A stretch of DNA of 64,000 bases. Source: Octopus sinensis. Taxonomy: Eukaryota. Where the stretch lies: NCBI RefSeq assembly GCF_006345805.1, contig NC_043002.1:93682001-93746000 (forward strand), read 5' to 3'. Shown in pieces: positions 1 through 11,276 of this stretch. Position numbers and translations under genes: made by a program. Position 1 is the stretch's first letter. Each line of letters begins with the position of its first letter. The notes below the pieces were generated by a model. The model worked only from the letters and a program-made list of their open reading frames with translations, did no database searches and was not told where the DNA came from.

Positions 1-776
1 TTGAAAATTGCTTTTTTAGCTAGTCAAACATAATCACTCTCAAAATTGATTATATACCTAGTCAAAATAAATTCTCTGTAAAATGTTAAGCTTCACTAAC
101 TTTCGGGATAGTAAATTATCTATTTTCATATGTTCGAATCTGGAAGGATTTTCACTTATAAAATTTATTGTGATAATTGTTATTAAAATCTCAAACAGGA
201 ATTCAAACAATCGGGTTAGAAAACGAAGTTAAATAAATGCGTTGCACCTCGCTTCTTATATGTCTAGAATGCTTAAAACATAAGGAAGTATAAACATTCT
301 TAAGATTGCCTCAGTTTAGCAAATTGATAAGGTGCCAAACCAGCTGTGTTGTGTCTGTGCAAAGAGTCATAAATCTTAACTGCTCGATCATCATTGTTGT
401 ACACAGATTACACAAGTACCAGTCGTTTTATAAACCTAGAAATCATGAGTACAAGCTTTCCGTGAAAAATTGGACGTATGAAATCCACTAGTTTGACCAG
501 CTCTTGACTTACATGACGTCAGCACCTTCCGTGGCGCTCAAACGATTCAGGGGTTATCGCTTTACAAAATCATTCCAATAGATTCAAATTTCTTCGATGA
601 AAAAGCTGTCATTCATTCCTCTACATCGTGTTATTCTAATGAGAGAAAATCTCCAATATTTACATTTTATAAATAAAGATTACACCGTATGTTTTCTCAA
701 GGGTCATCCCTTTAAAACCTAGGGTCATATCATTATTATATATATGCCTTAAATAAATTTATATATAATGTACATA

Positions 777-935
777 AGGAGTGGCTGTGTGGTAAGTAGC
801 TTGCTTACCAACCACATGGTTCCGAGTTCAGTCCCACTGCATGGCACCTTGAGCAAGTGTCTTCTACTATAGGCTCGGGCCGACCAAAGCCTTGTGAGTG
901 GATTTGGTAAACGGAAACTGAAAGAAGCCCGTCGT
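777..935 (+). mobile_element. tRNA-derived SINE, family A, 5' half
   Basis: GAGTGGCTGTGTGGTAAG (A-box-like) and GAGTTCAGTCCC (B-box-like), then CORE-like ACCTTGAGCAAGT; many near-identical copies in the window. Confidence 0.85.
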
Positions 936-956
936 ATATATATATATATATATATA

Positions 957-1366
957 GGCGCATGAGTGGCTGTGTGGTAAGTAGCTTGCTAACCAACCAC
1001 ATGGTTCCGGGTTCAGTCCCACTGCGTGGCATCTTGGGCAAGTGTTTTCTGCTATAGCCCCGGACCGACCAATGCCTTGTGAGTGGATTTGGTAGACGGA
1101 AACTGAAAGAAGCCTGTCGTATATATGTATATATATATATATAAGTGTGTGTGTATATGTTTGTGTGTCTGTGTTTGTCCCCCTAGCATTGCTTGACAAC
1201 CGATGCTGGTGTGTTTACATCCCCGTCACTGTTCGGCAAAACAGACCGATAGAATAAGTACTAGGCTTATAAAGAATACGTCCGGGGTGGGGTGCGATTT
1301 CCTCGACTAAAGGCGGTGCTCCAGCATGGCCGCAGTCAAATGACTGAAACAAGTAAAAGAGAGAGT
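957..1366 (+). mobile_element. SINE family A, full length with internal (TA)n/(TG)n tract
   Basis: GGCGCATGAGTGGCTGTGTGG head to GACTGAAACAAGTAAAAGAG tail; same layout at 19445, 29750, 48022, 57918 and 60646. Confidence 0.9.
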
Positions 1367-1379
1367 ATATATATATATA

Positions 1380-1671
1380 CCGCAATCCTACGACCACGAT
1401 TCTGCTGCCCTAACCACTGGGCCATTGCGCCTCCACATTGAGCGTTGTGAGTGTTTATTGAGCGAAAACCCCTAAAAGCTCCACGAGGCTCCGGCAGGGG
1501 AGGTGGTGGCAATCCCTGCTGTACTCTTTCGCCACAACTTTCTCTCACTCTTTCTTCTGTTGGCCTGCTCGCTTAGCCAGCGGGGTGGCGTCATTTGAAG
1601 GCTAAAACAATGCGAAGCGCATTGTCACCAGCGATGTGTAGCAACATCTGATAGCCTGGTCGGTCACGTGA
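1380..1671 (+). mobile_element. SINE family B copy with inverted 5' head
   Basis: 1380-1437 is the reverse complement of the family B head GTGGAGGCGCAATGGCCCAGTGG; the body GCGTTGTGAGTGTTTATTGAGCG runs on + from 1442. Confidence 0.8.
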
Positions 1672-1689
1672 TATATATATATATGTATG

Positions 1690-1900
1690 TGTGTATATAT
1701 GTTTGTGTCTGTGTTTGTCCCCCAACATCGCTTGACAACCGATGCTGGTGTGTTCGGCAAAAGTGACCGATAGAATAAGTACTAGGCTTATAAAGAATAC
1801 GTCCGGGGTGGGGTGCGATTTCCTCGACTAAAGGCGGTGCTCCAGCATAGCCTCAGTCAAATGACTGAAACAAGTAAAAGAGTAAAGAGAGTAAAGAGTA
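1690..1900 (+). mobile_element. SINE family A 3' half (local duplicate of 1160-1366)
   Basis: Shares the private variant AAAGAATACGTCCGGGGTGGGGTGCGATTTCC with the upstream copy. Confidence 0.85.
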
Positions 1901-2189
1901 AATCAATTGAACTGCAGAATATATATAGTATATTACTAATGTATTTTTTTTTGTTAAGCTCAGGAGGATAAAAGGTAAACTCAACACATGGGATTTGAAT
2001 TGGTAACTCAGATGGACGAAACAAAATGCTATATTCACCAATACATTAAGGCCTGCACACACTTCTCGCTTGCATTGTCTCATTAACCGTTGGCCTTTCA
2101 AGGGTTCGATTGTATTAACTAAAAATAGCATTAACTTAACCCAACAGTCATTATCTTCCAGTTCTTGTGTGTAGGGATATTAGATGTCT

Positions 2190-2562
2190 GTTGGTGCTGC
2201 TGTTGCTGTTGCTGTTGAGCGAACGGTCTTCGTCCCAGAGCTCGCAAGATGGGAGAAGTCCGAAACGTGGTCCTTTGCTATTTGTAAGACCCGCAGAAGA
2301 GAAAGCAGGTCAACTCCCGACACCGAGAGCATCGACGGATGGATGAATGCGCATCCAGGCTCAACGGTTGCGTAGGAAGTCGGGGACAAGAAACAGGAAG
2401 AAAGAGTGAGAGAAAGTTGGAACGAAAGAGTACAACAGGGGTCGCCACTACTCCCTGCCGGAGCCTCGTGGAGCTTTAGGTGTTTTCGCTCAATAAACAC
2501 ACACAACGCCCGGTCTGGGAATCGAAACCGCAATCCTCCGACCGCCTAACCATTGGGCCATG
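2190..2562 (-). mobile_element. SINE family B with alternative 3' tail ending in CAA/CAG-like repeats
   Basis: Head and body match 45533-45920; 2190-2390 is a different tail. Confidence 0.8.
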
Positions 2563-2838
2563 CTGCTCTTTTCTAACTCGTGTTTAGAAAAGAACATATA
2601 CGAATCACAGTCATAGCGGGAAGTAAGAACAGCAGTATAGCAATAGAGCACTTGGCTATTTGGACACAGGAGCATTTGAAATATTCTGGAGGGTATTAAA
2701 AATGAGAAGCGTAATTTTTCCGAAACATATCACAAATCAACACATTCCATTTAAACATATTACACTTAAACATATCACATATAAACTTAGAATATGAAAG
2801 AAAGAATATATTGGCTAAATAATTTTTGCATCAAGATA

Positions 2839-2878
<40 letters not shown>

Positions 2879-2882
2879 TCTC

Positions 2883-2951
<69 letters not shown>

Positions 2952-2973
2952 ATCTATCTATCTATCTATCTAT

Positions 2974-3424
2974 AGTGACCTCCTTCGGTCATGAATGACC
3001 ATGGGATTGCACCTAGAAAGTTAACATCCGAGGCACAAGTCTGGGCAAGGTAGTTTATGGAAGACCAGCAGTCACCTACTCATACCAGCCACCCCTCTCC
3101 ATGCCACCGATGTTATCCAAGGGAAAGGCCGATACAGCTTGGCACCAGTGACGTCGCAGCTCATTTATTAACGTGCAAGTGACTGAGCACACCACAGACA
3201 CGTGCACCCTTAACTTAGTTCTCGGGGAGATTCAGCGTAACACAGTGTGTGACAAGGCTGGCCCTTTGAAATACAGGTACAACAGACACAGGAAGAAAGA
3301 GTGAGAGAAAGTTGTGGTGAAAGAGTACAGCAGGGTTTATCCCACCCCTGTCGGAGACTCGTGGAGCTTTAGGTGTTTTCGCTCAATAAACACTCACAAT
3401 GCCCGGTCAGGGCCATTGCGCCTC

Positions 3425-3425
<1 letters not shown>
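2974..3425 (-). mobile_element. Chimeric SINE (family B head/body plus family D tail)
   Basis: 3165-3425 matches family B; 2974-3165 matches the tail of the 27689-28032 element. Confidence 0.75.
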
Positions 3426-3484
<59 letters not shown>

Positions 3485-3564
3485 TCCATAAACATAAATC
3501 CGTAAAAAGAAGCACACTCTAAGTTACAGAGGAGTATATATTAAAGATAGATAAGGCTGGTTTA

Positions 3565-3627
3565 TGGGGTTACCTTAAGTTTCACGTCCATAAAGAGCTT
3601 AGCTTTATAGTGTATCATCAGATCCCA
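3565..3627 (-). ncRNA. Type I hammerhead ribozyme motif
   Basis: Minus strand TGGGAT-CTGATGA-(CTATAAAG..CTTTATGG stem II)-GAAA-CTTAAGG-TA-ACCCCA. Confidence 0.65.
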
Positions 3628-3931
3628 AAACCTGTTGTCTAAAGGCCTCACTAGCAAGCGGCCTTTATAGAATATGGAGGAGGAAAGGACTCCGTTACTC
3701 AACGTTAACAAAGGGTGTTGTCTCCCCTTGGTTATCGATCGCCGATGTCAACAAAGTGGTGTGTTTCCCTTTGGCTAATAGGGTCACTGGCGATCGATCG
3801 CCAAAGGGATACAATCCACTTTGTTGACATCGGCGATCGCTAGCCAAAGGGAGACAATAACCTTTGTTGACATTGAGTAACGGGATCCTTTCCTCCTCCA
3901 CATTATAGAGATGCTTTTAGTCAGCAGGTTT

Positions 3932-3994
3932 TGGGATCTGATGATACGCCATAAAGCTGAGCCCTTTATGGACATGAAACCTAAAGTATTCCCA
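3932..3994 (+). ncRNA. Type I hammerhead ribozyme motif
   Basis: TGGGAT-CTGATGA-(CCATAAAG/CTTTATGG stem II)-GAAA-CCTAAAG-TA-TTCCCA. Confidence 0.7.
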
Positions 3995-4011
3995 TAAACC
4001 CGCCTTTTCTA

Positions 4012-4070
<59 letters not shown>

Positions 4071-4090
4071 CACACACATATATATTTACA

Positions 4091-4254
4091 GGCGCAGGAG
4101 TGGCTCTGTGGTAAGTAGCTTGCTTACCAATCACATGGTTCCATGTTCAGTCCCACTGCGTGACACCTTGGGCAAGTGTCTTCTACTTTAGCCTCGAGCC
4201 GACCAAAGCCTGGTGAATGGATTTGGTAGACGGAAAATGAAAGACGCTCGTCGT
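4091..4254 (+). mobile_element. SINE family A 5' half
   Basis: Matches the family A head. Confidence 0.85.
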
Positions 4255-4274
4255 ATATATATATATATATTTTT

Positions 4275-4460
4275 TTTCTACTCTAGGTACAAGGTCCGAA
4301 ATTTTGGGGTAGGGGACCAGTCGATTAGATCGACCCAGTACGCAACTGGTACTTAATTTATCGACCCCGAAAGGACGAAAGGCAAAGTCGACCTCGGCGG
4401 AATTTGAACTCAGAACGTAAAAACAGACAAAATACCGCTAAGTATTTTGCCCGGTGTGCT
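4275..4460 (-). mobile_element. SINE family C fragment
   Basis: Reverse complement of GAGTTCAAATTCCGCCGAGGTCGACTTTGCCTTTC..GGGGTCGATAAATTAAGTACCAG. Confidence 0.8.
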
Positions 4461-4462
4461 AA

Positions 4463-5807
4463 TCAATATCTATAAAGCTGAAATGCAAAAAAACTTGTTT
4501 GTCTCATTTTGGGATGGGAACGGTTTAAGGAGTGGTAGATGGGGTCGGATTGGCGCGAAAATTTACAGGGATATGTCAAAAGAGGCGAGGAAGTGACTGG
4601 ACTAGGTTAGAAAACCCTATCTCAAAAGCTGTGGTTACTAGGGCAACAAAACCCAGACTTTGACAAGTGTTTTGTCGTTTCTCACTTTCGGATATCACCC
4701 TGTCTTCCTCGATCTCTCTTTTTCCTTCCTTTCCTCCAATTTCTCTCTATAACGACGTTTGGCAGCTTCCACTCTCATTCCCTGTCCGCCTTCGCCGTGT
4801 CTCTGTCTCTCTTTCTTCCACCATCTCTCTCACTGTATTCCTGTCTGCATCTATAGAAAGAAAGCGTTGACAGCCGCAAAAGTTTAAATATTCCTGCCAC
4901 AGGTCTTTTAGAACGGTGAATTATTATCGCCCACCACCACCGCACAATCATAACAAATATTATTAATCAGATATATTGTGTTAATTTATATATGTATATA
5001 TATATGTGTATATAAATATATATATAATGTGTATACATATATATATATGTGTGTATAGATATATAATCATCAATATCTATAAAGCTGGAATGCGAAAAAG
5101 TTGTTTGATTTCTTGATTATTTGTCTCATTTTGGGATGGGAACGGTTTAAGGGGCGGTAGATGGGGTCGGATTGGTACCAAAATTTACACTGGAGGTAAA
5201 ATGGGGTGGGCAATGGTGTGAGGAGGGCTGAAAGTCGCTCGGGGCTACCGTTTGTTTGCCATGGTGAGGAATATGGGAAAAATGAGTTTTATGGGATAGA
5301 CAGGTTGCCCTGTTTGAATAATGGTGGCTTCTCGTGTTGCTGCAGGGGCTAGAGGCGGTTATCTTTAATTGTGGGTGTAAAAATTTGGGGGATTTTGGAA
5401 AGGGGGGTAAATTTTTTCAACTTTTAAAAAGAGTACATTTTTGCCCTATTTTTAGATTTAATTATTTTTTGTTTGCATTATTAGGTTGACATGGCTAAAA
5501 ATGACATTGTATTAAAGGCCAAAATTTTAGCGTTCATTTGCATCATGGACCATCAAAATATACCAGAAAAAAGTATCAAATTTCACAAAATTTTAAGTAA
5601 TTTTGAATTATTTTTGTGATTTTACGTGCACGCGTAAGAGAAAGCGAGGGAGAGTCCGAGAGAAAAGAAGAGTAAGAGAGTGGGAAAGTGAGAGAGAAAG
5701 GAGAGAGAAACAAAGAGGGAGAATGTGGCGATAAGAAGCAGAAAGGAAGCAACAGAAAGTAACAACCACACCCTCACCTGCACGTAGAGCGGGTTACCTT
5801 AAGCTAG
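4463..5807 (+). mobile_element. Non-autonomous Helitron-like element (complete copy 5070-5807, partial copy from 4463)
   Basis: Two starts A|TCAATATCTATAAAGCTG; 3' hairpin ACCTGC..GCGGGT followed by CTAG|T. Confidence 0.65.
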
Positions 5808-6000
5808 TATGTTTATATATATCAAATGTGTTTATCTGCGTTATTACTTCCATATCAGCTCGATTTGGATTTCTCTTTTAGCCACTCCTGATGCTGCTGG
5901 CTCTACCCCGGATGTACAGGTCAGAGTTTAAGTTCAAATTCATCTGAGCGCTACTATGTGTTTTCTATACTGAGCTTATCTAGCTCTCACCCAGTAATTA

Positions 6001-7388
6001 CAGAATGCCCCACAAAAAAAAAAACAAAAAACCCCAGGAAATTTTAGATTTACATTATTTTACACATGTATTTTATTATGTATTTTACCGTATTTTACTT
6101 TATCAATGAACTAAAAAACAAATGAACGAACATATAAATTTTCTAGTTTCTTTTTTTCTTCTTCCAGGATGCAGTTACCAAATTTTCAACAGGAGGTGAT
6201 TGTTCTCTTAAAGAAAAACCATCCAGCTTGGAGACTGAAAACATGCTTAGACATTTTGTCAGAATTCTTTAGTTCGATAGCTACAAATCAATTTACCGAT
6301 GTTGTAGCTATACTTAAAAGGGAAGGGTCACCTGCTGCAAAAGTTCATAAACGTGGATCTGGTACAATCAATTTCAAATGGTCTGTGTTGGACCTTGCTG
6401 TCATACTACCAAGACACAAAAGAGGACATTCCAGTCAGCGTAAAATTTACCGAGAACTACAGCAGTTATCAAAATGTATCAACATACAATCCGAATTAAA
6501 GTGCTATAGAAAAATTAAATGCAATTTTCTTACTGAAGCACATCAAAAGGCACGAGAACAAAAATGCCAGGCACTGATAAATCGTTTCGAAGGATACGAT
6601 AAGTAGAAGTGTGGTTTCCGATTTATCAAATTTCAGTCTTCATTCACCTTTGAACTCCCAAAATGATCGCATTTATCGTGCTGTACAGGTTAAAACAAAC
6701 ATTTCTGAGAATGATCTGCTGGTGGAAATTGATAAACAACAGCCATAACTCATATGCTATGATGCAGTCTCCTGGTATGGTAAAACAGAGTTGCGGTTTA
6801 CTGAAGGAGATGCTGTTGGGCAAGAACATCTTCCGTCGTACAGAAGAAAGAAAAAGACAGTAAATCAGCTCGTGTATAGAGATGAAATGTGCACCTAAAT
6901 GTTCCACGTCATAAACTAAGCAATGGGAGGAGATGGATGGACATGGCAACAAGATGGAGCAGAGGCCTATACAGCCAAGGACACTGTTGCCTGGCTCACA
7001 GCCAATACTCCTGACTTTATTGAACCTAACGAATGGCCCTCAAAAATTCCAGATTTCAACGTAATGGATTTTACCATGTGGGGTTTACTGTTACATCAAC
7101 TTTAATTACAGAGGAGAGAGGTCACGGACATGCAATCCTTAAAAACTATGTTGATGGAAGTTTGGAACAATATCCCACTTGAAGTTATCCAACGAGTGAC
7201 TGGAAGCTGGTCAGACCGTCTACGTCGTTGTGCGCCTGCTCACGGAAGGCATTTTGAACACTACATCTAACATTTGTGTTTTTTGTTGTTTTAACAATGC
7301 TTCTTTTAACAACAACTGTTTTCTGTTTCCAACAATTAAATAAACTCTACCAAATTGCCTGTTTTTTTTGGTGGGGGGGGGTACCCTG
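6001..7388 (+). mobile_element. Decayed Tc1/mariner DD37D (maT-like) transposon
   Basis: WQQDGA..WPSKIPDFNVMD with 37 residues between the last two Asp; C-terminus GRHFEH; degenerate TIRs flanked by TA; stops and frameshifts in 6169-7270. Confidence 0.85.
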
Positions 7389-7539
7389 TATACATATATG
7401 AATAAAAAACTATTAGTTCTGTTCTTTTGTCGCTTTCAAGAATTCCTTATGAATAATTTCTTACAGAAAATTCATAACTTTCATATATATGTGAGTTAGC
7501 TGAAAAAATTTGAAGTTGAATCTATTTTCTACGGGGTCG

Positions 7540-7907
7540 GTACACGACGCCCCAAAACAGAGAGACCCTACGATTCGAAAGCCGGAACTTATTCATGACT
7601 TTTGCGAAAGGATTATTCGAAGTCCAAAGATGTGAACACCTAAACTGCCGCAGCAGTCTTACAAAAGCAGGAGGTCATGTTGAATAGTGTAAAGTTGAAG
7701 CCATATCATTTTACATGCGTACAGCAATTAACGGTTGATGACAAGAGCAAATGAGAAAATTACTTCTGAATAGTAATTACAAGCGGTCGAAATAACGCCA
7801 TGACACTTGCAAACGAAAGAGAGGGTGCTTTTACATGTGTGTAAATTTATTTCTGCATTTACACTATGTTACGGAACCCAGGCTCATTTTTCGTGCGCCA
7901 CCCTGTA
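7540..7907 (+). mobile_element. Internally deleted Tc1/mariner relic
   Basis: KLKPYHFTCVQQLTVDD-like peptide; terminus GCGCCACCCTG|TA. Confidence 0.45.
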
Positions 7908-8053
7908 TATATGTGCTTGTTTATATGTTTATGTGTGTGTGGACAATCGTCCCTGAAGTTATTTGTTCTTTGTTTCGTTCTTCAACAAACAGCTGATATT
8001 TTTCACACACACGTACACATACAGGTATACACATATTTATACATACTTACACA

Positions 8054-9420
8054 TACAGCTGTTTCACGAAGCCCAGACTTAACTAATAATCAAAATAATT
8101 ATAACTTGCTGGTGATATGTGCAAAACTTCATGGGCATGTAACCGATAATCAGTCACACGGAGATAGTACAGTAGGTGCGGCTCCTCTCATCAAGAGAAG
8201 ATTAGCAAATACAGTTCACATAGTAGTGCTCGCAAATATAAATGATTGAAGGAAGAGAGAAAGCAGGACGAGATAATTGGGAGAAGGTAAGAAGAAGAAT
8301 TCCTACAACATAAGAAGAAAAGAACAGGGAAACAATAGAAGAAACTGGTATTTGGAACTGTAATACTTGTGATCATGGTGATTCCCCTCCCAGTTACATA
8401 TTACAAATGATAACACCCCTGCTTATACCTCAAGGACAAACGATCGTATTAATCAATATAGGATAGGGATATAACCAGAAGCCCACTGCTAGTGTGAAGC
8501 TATGTCTGTTGGAAAGATTTTGTTAACGCTGTAATGTGGTATACAGTGGGGGTACCGTTGATTTCAAGCGTCGCTACCGGGCTCACCTGAGCTCAATCTA
8601 AAATAAGACATCGAAATTTTCTAACCACATATATACACCACCTCAAGTCCCAGGACATTCCTTATATCTTGTCCCACTATGTAGTTTGCGAGGTTACCGA
8701 GCACAACGCTAACCATCGCGTTTGTAAATTATGTTGCAGGGAATCGCTCGCAATCCTATACCATTATAATACTTCGTCACTCAATAAGTTCTCTGATGTA
8801 ATCTCCTCGTGTAAAGTTTTATTCTTCATTCGCTAATTATGTAAAATCTTTATAATTTCTCCTAGTTGCGACTAACTCCTTTTAATCTGTATTTAAGTTT
8901 TGAAGTACCAGTTTACTTTCTTCTCTAAGCATTCTTTCGTTCGCTCAGCATACTCTCCTCCTCCATGACTCCCATCTACACTCCTTTATTTCAATGCTTA
9001 TCTCTTCTTACCTCTTTGCCTTGACAACTGATATTCTAATCTGTTTTATTGCCAGTTTAAGATTAATTTGACCACGCGTGGCGTTTGCTAACGCCAGTCA
9101 GGTTTTAACTTTATCTTCTCCCCTTCTCCCTCTGTTTCATCTGTTCTCTCTCTGTTCCTTTCTTCTTACTCTGGGTCTTTGATCTCCTTCTGTTCCCTCT
9201 CTCCTTTCAACCGTTTATATTTGCTAGCACAACTATGTGAATCGTATTTACTAATCACCTCTTGAGGAGAGGAGCCGGACTTACTGTAATATCTTCAGGT
9301 GACTGGTTACCGGTTACCTATCCACGATTTTTGCATATTTCACCTGCTAATTATGATTATTATGACTATTTGGAAACTAAGGGCTTCGTAAAACAACTGT
9401 CGAGTTAAGAAATTATATAT
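8054..9420 (+). mobile_element. 5'-truncated Penelope-like element: GIY-YIG remnant between inverted pLTR copies
   Basis: About 8545-8835 reads GGTVDFKRRYRAHLSS..FSNHIY..CKLCCRESLAIL..LNKFSDVISSC; 8054-8330 is an inverted homologue of about 9150-9405; both copies hold a degenerate hammerhead. Confidence 0.75.
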
Positions 9421-9542
9421 TTTCTTCATATATTCTGTATATTTAGTGCTCAATGTAAATATGCGTATGTGTGTGTATGTGTGTGTGAATGTGCATGAAT
9501 GTGTGTGTATCAAAATTAATTGTGTTTACCTGCGCATTACTA

Positions 9543-9606
<64 letters not shown>

Positions 9607-9826
9607 CACAAGGATAAAAATCATGTAAGTGATAATATAAAGTGGCCAACATGCTATAAAACCTTGTGGTTAAATTATACTAAAATAATTATATAAGGAA
9701 ACAGGGAAAGCCCTGCTCCAACATGTTGTAAGAATACACCAAGAAACGTTATAAACCACCTTTAGCTCCGGCAAAAATACAGGTTGCAGACGGGTAAATG
9801 AAAAATACAAAATAAAACACCAGTCA

Positions 9827-9892
9827 ATTGTGTATTGGTTCAATTTCGAGATTAAAGCAGTAAAATAACTTATTTCCCATCCTCAGCACAAT
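9827..9892 (-). ncRNA. Type I hammerhead ribozyme motif
   Basis: ATTGTG-CTGAGGA-stem II (weak)-GAAA-TTGAACCAA-TA-CACAAT. Confidence 0.75.
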
Positions 9893-10295
9893 ATTCAAAG
9901 ACTCATAGTCACAAATATTTATACATACCCCCACGAAACAGAAAAGTAAAAATTTGATTTTATTTTTAAGCATAAGCGTGGATATTTGCACTTGATCGTA
10001 CGAATTTATTTCGTGGGGTGTATGTTCAAAGAAACTTAGTCACAAATATTTATACATACCTTCCACGAAGCAAATTCGTACGGTCATGTGCAAATACCCG
10101 CGCTTATGATTCAAAATAAAGTCAAATTTTTACTTTTCATTTCAGCCGCGTATTTTTTAAAACCGAAATAGCCTCAAAGCAACGCAATTCCGACCCAGAG
10201 CATAAATATTTTATATATTTATATAAAAAAAGACAAAATTATATCAAGTGGCCAACATGCCATAAAACCTTGTAGTTAAATTATAAATAAAATAA

Positions 10296-10357
<62 letters not shown>

Positions 10358-10519
10358 TATATATATACATAAATTATATAATTATATAAGGGAACAGGAA
10401 AAACCCTGCCCCAACATGTAAGAATACGCCCAAAAAACGTTATAAACCGCTTTTAGCTCCTGCAAAAATATGGCTTGTAGATAAGAAAATGAAAAATACA
10501 AAATAAAACTCCATAGTCA

Positions 10520-10585
10520 ATTGTGAATTGGTTCAATTTCGAGATTAAAGCAGTAAAATAACCTATTTCCCATCCTCAGCACAAT
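10520..10585 (-). ncRNA. Type I hammerhead ribozyme motif
   Basis: ATTGTG-CTGAGGA-stem II-GAAA-TTGAACCAA-TT-CACAAT. Confidence 0.7.
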
Positions 10586-11232
10586 ATTCAAAAACTCATA
10601 GTCACAAATATTTATACACACCCCCACGAAACAGGAAAGTAAAAATTTGAAAAAAAAGATATATGAAATGGACATGTGAGTGTATTTTTATGATAGTTGA
10701 TTTATGGAAAAGATTATGTTAAATTTTTGAAATGCAAATATATGAATGAAAATTAAGTTCTGACCTCTACACGGTAGAGACCTGGTAGAAATAGGAGCCA
10801 AATCTCCCTAAAAACACCCTACTGTCTTAATCCAACGATTCTGCCTATTATGTAGTTTGAATGAGAAACTGTAACTAAAGATTATTAACCCCACAAAGAG
10901 GTGAAAGAAGAGTGACAGCATAGCAAAAGTTTTGGCCGACTGTCATCCTGTACTTCCTTTGTTGCTAGCGAAATGGTATATGCCGGCTGTGTGAGCAACT
11001 GGTTATTTTAAAGGCGGAAGGAGGGGAATTCCATTAGAAAAGTTTTAATCGATTTTCTCAGTAACTATGGGGACTAGGGAAAAAATATAACCTGCATTCG
11101 AATCTATGCACCCGTCTCCACATGTGTGCCATTTTTCACGTGAATCCACCTAGCTGTTCGGCTGTTAACCTCAAGACAAGAAAGAATACAACGATCGCCC
11201 ATGTCCAATTTATATTATAGATTATTATTTTA

Positions 11233-11276
<44 letters not shown>

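Larger units (their letters stand above)
3549..4010. repeat. Long imperfect palindrome (arms about 210-225 bp) carrying a hammerhead motif in each arm
   Basis: 3549-3775 is the reverse complement of 3800-4010. Confidence 0.9.
9640..10650 (-). repeat. Tandem pLTR/retrozyme-like units (9640-9957 and 10246-10650) separated by an inverted repeat (about 9943-10137)
   Basis: Direct repeats start AAGTGGCCAACATGC; each contains a hammerhead. Confidence 0.85.

Noticed and set aside
1-720. Possible decayed TE or exon at the window start (similar doubts at 11330-11700 and 19140-19380)
   Set aside because: No recognisable protein motif or termini by eye
957-1030. Functional tRNA genes at SINE heads
   Set aside because: A/B boxes are present, but the sequences continue into repeated SINE bodies and no full cloverleaf was evident
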